The position numbers and the translations under genes are program-made. The notes under the pieces are model-generated. The model searched no databases and had not been told where the DNA came from. It saw nothing but the letters and a program-made list of their open reading frames with translations. DNA of 48,508 bases from Candidatus Moraniibacteriota bacterium (GTDB taxonomy: Bacteria > Patescibacteriota > Minisyncoccia > Moranbacterales > UBA2206), in NCBI GenBank assembly GCA_037132035.1, contig JBAXPY010000001.1, positions 1 to 48,508 of the forward strand. The letters are read 5' to 3'. Below, piece by piece: positions 9,153 to 18,057 of this stretch. The first letter of the stretch is position 1. The number at the start of each line of letters is the position of its first letter.

Positions 9153-10816
9153 TGACTCCGAAAGATGATGATGTAAAAAAAGAAGAAGCTGTTGCTGCGG
9201 AGGGACTTCGGCAGAATATTTTGCGTGAAGCGCCGAAAACTGTCGCTGGCAGTCTTGTTAATATGATTCCCAGGGAAGTCGCGGAGAAATATAGCATGAT
9301 GGTTTTTGACAAAGTGGAAGATGTTTTGAAAGTGGCAATGGCCGATCCAGAAGACGCGCAAGCTTTGAATACTTTGAATTTTGTGGCGGAAAAAGAGAAA
9401 GCTAGGATTGAAACTTATGCAGTTTCACAAAAAGTATTTGCTGATTTATTTGCTTTCTATAACGAAACGAACGAAGCATTGAAAGAAGCAGTTGATTCTT
9501 TTGAAGATGAAAAAGATCAATTGGCGATTGAGGATAGTAACAATGATTTACTGGGAAAGAAGAATACGGCGGAAGTTTTGAAAGATGCTCCTGTTACGAA
9601 GTTGGTTGAAGTGATTATTAGTCACGCTGTGGAGGGAAAGGCCAGTGACATCCACATTGAGCCGATGGACAAGGATTATCGCGTGCGATTTCGAGTGGAC
9701 GGCGTGTTGCATGTTAGCTTGATTTTCCCAATCGAGATTGGTCCGGTGGTGATTTCTCGCATAAAGATTTTGGCCAATTTGAAAATTGATGAAAAGAGAA
9801 AGCCACAAGATGGTCGATTTCGACTGAATTTCAACAAAAAAGATATTGACTTTCGCGTCTCATCATTGCCTGTTGTCGGTGGAGAAAAGATTGTGATGAG
9901 AATTCTGGATAAGGATAGCGGCACGAGTAGTATTGAGAATCTTGGACTTGTGGGAATGGCAAAGCGCGATATTGGCGTGGCAATTCGTGAGACATACGGG
10001 ATGATTTTAATGACTGGTCCAACTGGCAGTGGAAAATCAACCACCCTTTACACTCTTTTGAAAATTTTGAATAACGAAGAACGCAATATTATTACGCTAG
10101 AAGATCCGGTGGAATATTTTATCGAAGGTCTAAATCAGAGCCAGATCAAACCGGAAATCGGCTATACTTTCGCTTCCGGTCTTAGGACAGTTTTGCGTCA
10201 AGATCCGAATGTGATTATGGTGGGAGAAATTCGCGACGCCGAAACGGCAGAGCTGGCGGTCCACGCTGCTCTCACGGGACATTTGATGTTTTCCACATTG
10301 CATACAAACACAGCGATTGGCGCCATTCCGCGTCTGATTGACATGAAAATTGAACCATTTTTGCTTTCTTCAGCACTTCGGATGGTGATTGCTCAGCGTT
10401 TGGTGCGGCGAATCTGTGAGAAATGTAAAAAAGAGATTACCGTTTCTCCTGTGGTTAGTGGTGGGATAGCGGAAAAAATAAAGAATATTAGCGAGAAGGA
10501 ATTGAAAAGCTATGGAATAAAGTTGGCGGATGGGCTCAGATTTTATCATGGCGACGGATGTGACGCTTGCAATGGAACGGGACTCAAGGGGCGATTGGCA
10601 ATCTATGAAGCCGTGCCGGTAACAGAGGAAATCAGAAATATCATGATTGAAAAAAGAGGTAGTGAAGAATTGATCAAAAAAGAGCGCGATCGGATGGGTG
10701 TTATTACAATTGAACAAGATGGTATCTTGAAGATTATCCAAGGACTCACAACGATTGAAGAGGTGGAGCGAGTGACGGAGTGTAACTTCACAACCCTGAC
10801 TGAAGAAAACGACTAA
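9152..10816 (+). CDS. pilB: Type IV pilus extension ATPase PilB (GspE family)
   Basis: T2SSE N-domain-like N-terminus, Walker A GPTGSGKST, Asp box, Walker B MVGEIRD, His box TGHLMFSTLHTN, tetracysteine CEKC...CDAC. Confidence 0.92.
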   Translation: MTPKDDDVKKEEAVAAEGLRQNILREAPKTVAGSLVNMIPREVAEKYSMMVFDKVEDVLKVAMADPEDAQALNTLNFVAEKEKARIETYAVSQKVFADLFAFYNETNEALKEAVDSFEDEKDQLAIEDSNNDLLGKKNTAEVLKDAPVTKLVEVIISHAVEGKASDIHIEPMDKDYRVRFRVDGVLHVSLIFPIEIGPVVISRIKILANLKIDEKRKPQDGRFRLNFNKKDIDFRVSSLPVVGGEKIVMRILDKDSGTSSIENLGLVGMAKRDIGVAIRETYGMILMTGPTGSGKSTTLYTLLKILNNEERNIITLEDPVEYFIEGLNQSQIKPEIGYTFASGLRTVLRQDPNVIMVGEIRDAETAELAVHAALTGHLMFSTLHTNTAIGAIPRLIDMKIEPFLLSSALRMVIAQRLVRRICEKCKKEITVSPVVSGGIAEKIKNISEKELKSYGIKLADGLRFYHGDGCDACNGTGLKGRLAIYEAVPVTEEIRNIMIEKRGSEELIKKERDRMGVITIEQDGILKIIQGLTTIEEVERVTECNFTTLTEEND

Positions 10817-10845
10817 GTATATTTTTTATTTTTAATTATAATTTT

Positions 10846-11235
10846 ATGGAAGAGCAGAAAAAGAAGATCATGATTATCGAGGATGACTATTTTGTTATGG
10901 ATATCTATTACACAAAACTCACGCAGTCCGGCTTTGATGTGATTAGCGCAAACAACGGACTTGACGCGTTGAAAAAGTTGCAAGAAGAAAAACAAATTCC
11001 CGATTTAATTTTGCTAGACATCATTATGCCTTATCTTGGCGGGTTGGAAGTTTTGGAGCGGATTAAAGCTGATGAACAATTAAAAGGTATCCCGGTAATT
11101 TTGCTCACTAATTTGAGTCAAAAAGCCGAGATTGATAAGGGGATGGGGTTGGGAGCGAAAGATTATTTGATCAAGTCGCATTTTACGCCGTCAGAAGTTT
11201 TGGAAAAAATAAATTTACTTATTAGTAATGCCTAA
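10846..11235 (+). CDS. Stand-alone response-regulator receiver (CheY-like)
   Basis: 129 aa. Acidic pocket IIEDD, phospho-acceptor LILLDIIMP, conserved LLTNLS and KDYLIK. Confidence 0.85.
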   Translation: MEEQKKKIMIIEDDYFVMDIYYTKLTQSGFDVISANNGLDALKKLQEEKQIPDLILLDIIMPYLGGLEVLERIKADEQLKGIPVILLTNLSQKAEIDKGMGLGAKDYLIKSHFTPSEVLEKINLLISNA

Positions 11236-11241
11236 ATATTT

Positions 11242-12312
11242 ATGCTACGTACTGAACAAAAAATAAAAAATTTGCTCAGAATTGCCGCACAACGCGGGGC
11301 TTCAGATTTGCATTTGGTGGTTGGTCGCTATCCGACCTATCGAATTGATGGGAAGCTTATTTCGCTCAATCAAGATGAGATTATCACGCCAGAAGTTACG
11401 CGGGAAATTTGCGATGTTGTTTTGAACGAAGAGAAGAGAAAGCAATTGGAGAAAGAAGGGCAAGTCGACCTGTCCTATAATTTTGAAGACAAGGTGCGTT
11501 TTCGTGTTAATGCTTTTATTCAGCAGGGTTATACGAGCATGGCATTTCGTCTGATTTCCAAAGAGATTCGGACACTGGAGGAATTGGGTGTGCCGGAAAT
11601 TCTTTATGATTTTACCAGAGTTTCCCAAGGATTATTTTTAATGGTAGGACCGGTGGGACATGGAAAATCGACGACACTGGCCGCCATGATTAATGACATT
11701 AATCATAATCAAGAAAAACATATTCTGACTATCGAAGATCCGATTGAATATGTCTATGAGCAGGATCGTTCAATCATCAATCAGAGAGAAGTCTATCAAG
11801 ACACAAACTCTTTTCAATTGGCACTCAAGGGGCTTTTCCGTGAGGACGCTAATGTGGTGCTCATTGGTGAGCTTCGAGACCTGGACACGATTTCTGCGGC
11901 AATGACAGCAGCTGAAACCGGGCATTTGATTTTTGGGACACTTCACACTAATGATGCTCCGCAAACTATTGATCGGATCGTGGATGTTTTTCCGGCTCAT
12001 CAGCAAAATCAAGTCCGAGCGCAATTGGCTAGTGTGCTTTTGGCGGTCGTGTCTCAGCGCTTGATTCCCAGGGTTGATGAGGGTCGGTCTCCGGCGGTTG
12101 AAATTATGATTAAAAATCACGCAGTGGAAAACTTGATTCGAGAGAACAAAAGTTATCAGATTGGCAACGTGATCGAAACAAGTTCGCAAGAAGGGATGGT
12201 GACAATGGACCGTTCGCTAGTAGATTTGGTCAGGAGAGGTTTGGTTTCACTCGAAATTGCTTCGGCCTATGCAAGGGACGCAAAAAATTTCGAAACGCTG
12301 CTCAAATACTAA
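11242..12312 (+). CDS. pilT: Type IV pilus retraction ATPase PilT
   Basis: 356 aa. Walker A GPVGHGKST, LIGELRD, TGHLIFGTLHTND, and the PilT-type C-terminal AVENLIRE motif. Confidence 0.9.
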   Translation: MLRTEQKIKNLLRIAAQRGASDLHLVVGRYPTYRIDGKLISLNQDEIITPEVTREICDVVLNEEKRKQLEKEGQVDLSYNFEDKVRFRVNAFIQQGYTSMAFRLISKEIRTLEELGVPEILYDFTRVSQGLFLMVGPVGHGKSTTLAAMINDINHNQEKHILTIEDPIEYVYEQDRSIINQREVYQDTNSFQLALKGLFREDANVVLIGELRDLDTISAAMTAAETGHLIFGTLHTNDAPQTIDRIVDVFPAHQQNQVRAQLASVLLAVVSQRLIPRVDEGRSPAVEIMIKNHAVENLIRENKSYQIGNVIETSSQEGMVTMDRSLVDLVRRGLVSLEIASAYARDAKNFETLLKY

Positions 12313-12349
12313 TTGAAAATTTTTTGGATTTTCTATTTATTTGAAATGA

Positions 12350-12358
12350 TGGTATAAT
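12350..12358 (+). promoter_or_regulatory. Extended -10 element (TGGTATAAT) upstream of pilC
   Basis: Perfect TGnTATAAT about 60 nt upstream of the pilC start. No good -35 was seen. Confidence 0.35.
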
Positions 12359-12418
12359 AAAAAAGTTATAAGACTGGAGATTTTTGAAAAAATAAAAAAA
12401 TGATTAAGGGTGAAAAAT

Positions 12419-13627
12419 ATGAAATTTAAGTTTAAGGCTAAAACAAAAACAGGAGAAGAAAATGCTGGTTACATCAGCGCCGCTAGTCGCGATTTAGCTG
12501 CTGCTATTTTGCAAAAAAATGAACTTTTTCCGATTAGTCTTGAGGAAGAGGTGGGGAGTTCAGCCAAAAAATTAGTCGCTCAATATTTCGACAAAGTCAC
12601 GAGCAAAGAATTGGTGATCTTTTTTCGACAATTGGCAATTTTAATTGAAGCACGAGTGCCGATTGTTGTGGCCCTCACAGCTATTGGTGAGCAAACAACG
12701 AGCAGTTTTTTGAAAATCATTTTAGCTGAAGCGATGAAGGATATTGAAGATGGTCTTCCGCTGTCTGATGCTTTTGCGAAACACAAGGAGGTCTTTTCTG
12801 ATTTGGTCATTAATATTGTCAAAGCTGGTGAAGCCTCGGGAAATTTGAAAAAATCGGTGGAATATGTGGCGGATAATATTGAGAAAAACTATAATCTGAC
12901 CAATAAGGTGAAATCTGCCATGCTTTACCCTGCAATAATTATGGTAGTGTTTTTTATTATTGGTTTTTTAGTGATTACGCTTATCATCCCGAAGCTGACT
13001 ATAATGATTAAAGAGTTGGACGCAAAAGTTCCTTGGTATACAAATGTGCTCATCAAAACTGGAGATTTCATGGTGAATTATTGGTGGGCAGTGCTCGTGC
13101 TTATTTTTGGTTTTGTTGCCGGCGTCGCCTATTATCTGAACACGCCAGAGGGGAAAAAGGAATGGGATCAGATAAAATTAAAGTTACCAATTATGGGAAC
13201 GCTGTTTCGCTATGTCTATATTACAAGATTCTCTGAAAACTTAGCTGTGCTCTTGGCTGGTGGCATCCCGATTATTAAGGCACTCACGATTGTGAGTGCG
13301 GTGATTGGAAATTCGGCCTATGAAGAGTTGCTTTTGCGAACAGCGGAGAGTGTAAAAAAAGGAGAGACGATGAGTGATATTTTGCGCAGAAGCCCACTTT
13401 TTCCACCAATGGTTTCGCATATGATCAAGATTGGTGAAGATTCCGGTCAAGTCGATGCAGTGCTTGGGCATATTACCAAATTTTACAGTCAAGAGGTAGA
13501 ACTGATGGCAAAAAATATGTCAACACTGATTGAACCAATTTTAATGATTATGATTGGGCTCGGTGTCGGTTTTATGGCTGTGGGAGTTCTCATGCCGATA
13601 TATAATATTGCGGGACAGATAAAATAG
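12419..13627 (+). CDS. pilC: Type IV pilus platform protein PilC (GspF family)
   Basis: Two GspF-like repeats with 3 TM segments. The ORF track starts at GTG 12410, but ATG 12419 is preceded by AAGGGTG and gives the typical MKFKFKAKTKTGE N-terminus. Confidence 0.9.
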   Translation: MKFKFKAKTKTGEENAGYISAASRDLAAAILQKNELFPISLEEEVGSSAKKLVAQYFDKVTSKELVIFFRQLAILIEARVPIVVALTAIGEQTTSSFLKIILAEAMKDIEDGLPLSDAFAKHKEVFSDLVINIVKAGEASGNLKKSVEYVADNIEKNYNLTNKVKSAMLYPAIIMVVFFIIGFLVITLIIPKLTIMIKELDAKVPWYTNVLIKTGDFMVNYWWAVLVLIFGFVAGVAYYLNTPEGKKEWDQIKLKLPIMGTLFRYVYITRFSENLAVLLAGGIPIIKALTIVSAVIGNSAYEELLLRTAESVKKGETMSDILRRSPLFPPMVSHMIKIGEDSGQVDAVLGHITKFYSQEVELMAKNMSTLIEPILMIMIGLGVGFMAVGVLMPIYNIAGQIK

Positions 13628-13660
13628 AAAAATTTTTAAAACTAGGAAGGTGGGTGAAAT

Positions 13661-14032
13661 ATGAAAAATAAAAAAGGTTTTACTCTAATTGAACTTTTGA
13701 TCGTAATCGCGATTATCGGAATTTTAGCTTCAATTGTGCTCGTTAGTTTGAATAGTGCGAGAGCGAAAGCCAGACAAGCTGATTTTAAATCTGGAGTTGC
13801 AAGTCTAAAATCTGCTTATGCTAGTGAGTGTAGTTCCGATGACGGTGATACAATGCTCATTACGGCAATTCCACCATCTGTGAGTTCGCCAGCTTCGACA
13901 GATAATATGTGCAATGGATCGGGAAGCTTTGATGATATTGATGTAACTCCAGTTGATCCGGCCAGTTTGCCTGAGACTTGTACGGGAGCAGTTATTACAA
14001 GTGCCGGAGTTAATTTTGATCTCTGCCCATAG
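13661..14032 (+). CDS. Type IV (pre)pilin, candidate major pilin 1
   Basis: Class III signal MKNKKG|[19 protein letters not shown] (G-1, F+1, E+5). 4 Cys in the C-terminal domain. Strong SD AGGTGGGTGA. Confidence 0.85.
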   Translation: MKNKKGFTLIELLIVIAIIGILASIVLVSLNSARAKARQADFKSGVASLKSAYASECSSDDGDTMLITAIPPSVSSPASTDNMCNGSGSFDDIDVTPVDPASLPETCTGAVITSAGVNFDLCP

Positions 14033-14184
14033 AAAGAATTAAGATTTGATTTTACATAGAAAGTGAGCTCACCAAATCCAGCGAAGCTGGTACCCGACTG
14101 GAGCGGAATTTAGTGAGAAGGATAATGCTTTTGATCATCTACTTGTTGGTGATTTAGGGGCAAACTAGAAAGGTGGGTGAAATT

Positions 14185-14619
14185 ATGAAAAATAAAAAAT
14201 TAAAAGGTTTTACTCTGATTGAACTTTTAATCGTGATTGCGATTATTGGAATTTTGGCGTCAATTGTTTTGGTTAGTTTAAATGCGGCGAGAGCGAAGGC
14301 AAAATCAGCATCGTTTAAAGCTGGTATTTCTAGCTTGGTGCCGGCGTTTGCGATGTGTGAAGATATGGGATCTACTCTTACTACTCCAACTAATGCTGGC
14401 TTTGGAACAACTTCAACTAACGTTTGTCCAGGAACTGTTTCCATGCTTCCAAACCTAGTTCCAAAAACGTGTTCGTTTATCAGTTCAATAACCTTTAATG
14501 GTACTACGAGCAATTCTGATGGTATATTTTTTCTCAATATGACTTGTAATGTTGGAACTGGAACGGTGACTTCTACATGTTCTGAAGCTGGATGCACCTA
14601 TGTTGAAGCAGGACTCTAA
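14185..14619 (+). CDS. Type IV (pre)pilin, paralog 2
   Basis: MKNKKLKG|[19 protein letters not shown]. The ORF track begins at GTG 14173, but ATG 14185 reproduces the SD/start arrangement of pilin 1. The C-terminal domain is divergent and Cys-rich. Confidence 0.85.
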   Translation: MKNKKLKGFTLIELLIVIAIIGILASIVLVSLNAARAKAKSASFKAGISSLVPAFAMCEDMGSTLTTPTNAGFGTTSTNVCPGTVSMLPNLVPKTCSFISSITFNGTTSNSDGIFFLNMTCNVGTGTVTSTCSEAGCTYVEAGL

Positions 14620-14662
14620 GGTATTTTTGAGGATGTTTTTGTCGATAGACGTTAATGAATTT

Positions 14663-14707
14663 CCCGCTCCGCATAGATAAATTATTTAAATTTAGTTGCG
14701 GAGCGGG
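14663..14707 (+). terminator. Stem-loop downstream of the pilin genes (possible terminator)
   Basis: The 11-bp perfect stem CCCGCTCCGCA (14663-14673) pairs with TGCGGAGCGGG (14697-14707) around a 23-nt AT-rich loop. There is no clean T-run immediately after. Confidence 0.35.
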
Positions 14708-14822
14708 TCGACAAGATAATGGTGTTTTTGCGATTATTCAAAAATGGCTGTTTGATATTTTTTTAAAGTTTATTTCGCAGTGCCCATCTTTATCGGTTTA
14801 ATTTATTCTGAATAATCTTTAT

Positions 14823-16526
14823 ATGCCTCTTCGCTTACGGCTATTTTTAAATAAAGTTAGATTCTTATATTCAAATTATCCGGCACTTATTTCCGTAGGT
14901 GTTTTTTTGGTTGTAGCACTGCTTTATTCGTGGGCGTATTTGGATAACTCGGGAATCTCAACTATTGATGATCATTTTTATTATTTTAAGTATGCTGAAA
15001 TTTTAAGAAAAGGTGGTTGGGATGAAATGAAAAATTTCACAGGAGGCTTTCTGCTAAAAACAGAAGTTGGACAAAGCAAATTCGGACTATCCTTATTTAA
15101 TATTGCTACCGTTCCTTTTACTTTTTTCAAGGATAGTATAGCTGGATTAAAATTGAGTGATATATTTTTCGCATCCAGTCTTTTAGCGCTTTTTTATTAT
15201 GTCTTAAAAAAAGCAAATATAAAGTATCCTCTATTTTTTACTTTTTTTATACTTGCTTCTCCTTTTTTAATCCATCGCTTATTGATGGGTCGGCCATTTA
15301 TTTTAACAATAGGTCTGGTTTTTTTGGAAATGTTTTTGGTGGTCAAGAAAGAATATCGAAAGTTATTTTTACTTACATTGGTGCATTTATTTTGGCATAA
15401 TGCAACATTTTGGCTTCCACTTGTGATAGTTGGGATTGTTGAGATAGCGCGATATCTGGTTTTGCAGAAGTTTTTTTATTATAATTTCTTTGCAGTTTTT
15501 TTTGCGACTGCTTCAGGGATGGTCTTTTTGCCCAACTTTCCTAATCTTTGGACTTGGCTCGGGAATATTTTTGTTGCACAGACAAGCGTGATAGATAGAT
15601 CATCTAAGGTGTCCGGAATGGAATTGTCGGCGCTAGATGCTTTTAGCGGACGTTTTATCGGTATAGATGTATTTTTTGTTATTGCACTTATTTGTGTTGC
15701 AACAATAATCTTTTTCTATATAAGACAAAAAAAAGAACCAAGTTCTTTGATTTGTATAGGTCAAGATTGTGAATTGGCAGAACGTTATATCATAGCATAC
15801 TCTTCTTTTATATTTCTTTTACTTCTTATATTGGGAACAATGGTCATTTCTGGAAGATTTTACGATTATTATCAGTTCACCCTAATTTTTTTGTTGGCAG
15901 TTATTGTGAGTATATTCCAAAAGGAACGACTAGTTGTTTTCAATGGAGGCCTATATAGATATCTGGCTGTGGGCTTGGTGGTATTTATCGCGCTGGTTTC
16001 ATTGAATAATTTTATTGAGCTAAAAAAAATGATTGGCAATATTCGCTATGCTAGCTATATTGAAGCTGCTCGGTGGCTAGAGTCCCATTCAAACGAAAAA
16101 GAGTTAGTTTTTATTCATGATTGGGGTAGTTTTCCTCGATTATTTTTTGGTGATAGCAAAAATGTTTATACGATGGGGATGGATCCAACTGCGCTGAAAC
16201 AATATGACCAGAAGCTGTATTGGCGTTGGTATAACATGTATAGGTATAATTTTTATTGTGATGAAATGCGAGATTGTGAAGATTTGGTAAAAGCAACAAG
16301 TGATAGATTGGCTACGCAGGGGGAAGATGCCGGCAAAGAATATGCCAAGGAAAATGGAAGAAAAATGGTTGATTCAGTTAAGACTGAATTTGGTTCTCGA
16401 TTTATTGTTTCTGACGTTGATGCCTTTAGTCGAATAATCGCATTAAACCCTGATTTAATCGAAGAACATTATGAGGCCAAGGCGCAGAATGAGAATGTGA
16501 AAGTTGATGTATTTAAACTTAAATAA
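14823..16526 (+). CDS. Polytopic membrane protein, GT-C-fold glycosyltransferase-like (ArnT/PMT/YfhO type) with a C-terminal soluble domain
   Basis: 567 aa with >=10 hydrophobic segments. Acidic motif STIDDH in the first predicted external loop. ~160-aa hydrophilic C-terminus. Directly followed by a GtrB-like GT2. Confidence 0.5.
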   Translation: MPLRLRLFLNKVRFLYSNYPALISVGVFLVVALLYSWAYLDNSGISTIDDHFYYFKYAEILRKGGWDEMKNFTGGFLLKTEVGQSKFGLSLFNIATVPFTFFKDSIAGLKLSDIFFASSLLALFYYVLKKANIKYPLFFTFFILASPFLIHRLLMGRPFILTIGLVFLEMFLVVKKEYRKLFLLTLVHLFWHNATFWLPLVIVGIVEIARYLVLQKFFYYNFFAVFFATASGMVFLPNFPNLWTWLGNIFVAQTSVIDRSSKVSGMELSALDAFSGRFIGIDVFFVIALICVATIIFFYIRQKKEPSSLICIGQDCELAERYIIAYSSFIFLLLLILGTMVISGRFYDYYQFTLIFLLAVIVSIFQKERLVVFNGGLYRYLAVGLVVFIALVSLNNFIELKKMIGNIRYASYIEAARWLESHSNEKELVFIHDWGSFPRLFFGDSKNVYTMGMDPTALKQYDQKLYWRWYNMYRYNFYCDEMRDCEDLVKATSDRLATQGEDAGKEYAKENGRKMVDSVKTEFGSRFIVSDVDAFSRIIALNPDLIEEHYEAKAQNENVKVDVFKLK

Positions 16527-17447
16527 ATGAATAATAAAATTGTAGTAGCAATTCCTTGTTATAACGAAGAATTGACAATTGGTAAGGTGATAGCGGATTT
16601 CAAAAGAGAGCTGCCGGAAGCGCGGGTTTTGGTCGTGGACAATAATTCGAGAGATCAGACGGCAGAGATTGCTCGAAAAGCCGGAGCAGATGTGACTAGT
16701 GAAAAAAGACAAGGCAAAGGTTTTGCTGTCCAAAAAATATTTAATGAGTTCGATGGAGATGTGCTCATCTTAGTCGATGGTGATGATACTTATGAAGCTA
16801 AAAACGTGCATGATTTGTTAGTGCCAGTGTTAGAGGATAATGCCGATATGGTAGTGGGAAATCGGATACACTCAAAGAATGCGAGTATTTTTACCGGTAG
16901 TCATTGGGTGGGAAATAAATTTCTCACCAAATCACTAAATTTTCTGTTTGGGACGAAACTTCAAGATATGGAATCGGGTTTTCGAGCAATTGATAAAAAG
17001 TTTGTTCATTCAAGTGCGCTCTTGGCAGGCGGCTTTGGGATTGAGCCGGAGTTAACTATCCAAGCTTTGGAGCGCGGCGTGCGAATAGGGGAGGTTCCGA
17101 TAGCGCTTTATCTGAGAAAAAAAGGGAGTCATTCAAAACTTAATGCAGTAAGGGATGGTACGGTTGTCCTCTATACAATTATCTCCCTGTTTCGAGACTA
17201 TAAGCCGTTGCAATTTTTTACACTCTTGAGCTCTATCTTTTTTTTGATAGGCATGTTTCTTGGATGGTATAGCATTCGAGATTATATACACACGGGTATT
17301 GTTTTGCGCATTCCAACGTTAATTGTTGCCGGCCTTTCAATGATCGCTGCTTTTATCAGTTTTATTGCTGGATTGATTTTAAGCTCAATTAAAAGGAGGC
17401 ATGAAGAGCTGCTAGTTATAATTAATAGAAGACGGAGAATTGAGTGA
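16527..17447 (+). CDS. GT2 polyprenyl-phosphate sugar synthase (GtrB/CsbB/DPM1-like)
   Basis: VAIPCYNEE, VVDNNSRD, LVDGDDTY (DxD), and two C-terminal TM helices, which is the GtrB topology. Confidence 0.85.
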   Translation: MNNKIVVAIPCYNEELTIGKVIADFKRELPEARVLVVDNNSRDQTAEIARKAGADVTSEKRQGKGFAVQKIFNEFDGDVLILVDGDDTYEAKNVHDLLVPVLEDNADMVVGNRIHSKNASIFTGSHWVGNKFLTKSLNFLFGTKLQDMESGFRAIDKKFVHSSALLAGGFGIEPELTIQALERGVRIGEVPIALYLRKKGSHSKLNAVRDGTVVLYTIISLFRDYKPLQFFTLLSSIFFLIGMFLGWYSIRDYIHTGIVLRIPTLIVAGLSMIAAFISFIAGLILSSIKRRHEELLVIINRRRRIE

Positions 17448-18043
17448 TGCAAAATAATTTAACTGGCGATATTGATATGATAAGAAAACTAAATTTAGGA
17501 TGCGGAGAATTTAAAAAGAAAGGATTTGTTAATGTGGATTATTTTTCGATTTCAGAGCCTGACATTCGGCATAATTTAGAGGTGTTTCCCTATCCTTTTG
17601 CAGACAATGAATTTCTCTTGGTTGAGGCGGATCATGTTTTAGAGCATCTAAATAATCCATTCGGAGTTATGAAGGAATTGCATCGCATAGTTGAAAATGG
17701 AGGGATGGTAAAAATAAAAGTCCCTCATTTTTCAAGAGGATTTACTCATCCAGAACACAAAAGAGGATTCGACTTAGCCTTTTGTCATTATTTTAATCCA
17801 TCTTTTCAAGGAGGTTATCAGGGGTTTGAATTTGTTCCAGAAAAGATGATCTTTGCCTGGATGTGTCAACCGTATTTGAAAAAAACCCTAGTATCTCCAT
17901 TTGTTTACCATACGGCCGTGTCAACCGGGAAAATTTTAGATTTTTTTGCTAATCTAGCCCCTCTTTTTTGTTCGAGAGTATGGTGTTTTTGGGTAGGAGG
18001 ATTTGAGGAAATAGAGTTTCATTTTAGAGTAGTTAAAAAATGA
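17447..18043 (+). CDS. Class I SAM-dependent methyltransferase
   Basis: LNLGCGEFKKKGFVNVD motif I, ADHVLEHL, ENGGMVKIKVP. ATG 17447 overlaps the upstream stop (TGATG); the ORF track lists GTG 17444. Confidence 0.7.
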   Translation: MQNNLTGDIDMIRKLNLGCGEFKKKGFVNVDYFSISEPDIRHNLEVFPYPFADNEFLLVEADHVLEHLNNPFGVMKELHRIVENGGMVKIKVPHFSRGFTHPEHKRGFDLAFCHYFNPSFQGGYQGFEFVPEKMIFAWMCQPYLKKTLVSPFVYHTAVSTGKILDFFANLAPLFCSRVWCFWVGGFEEIEFHFRVVKK

Positions 18044-18057
18044 TTGATGAGAGTGTT

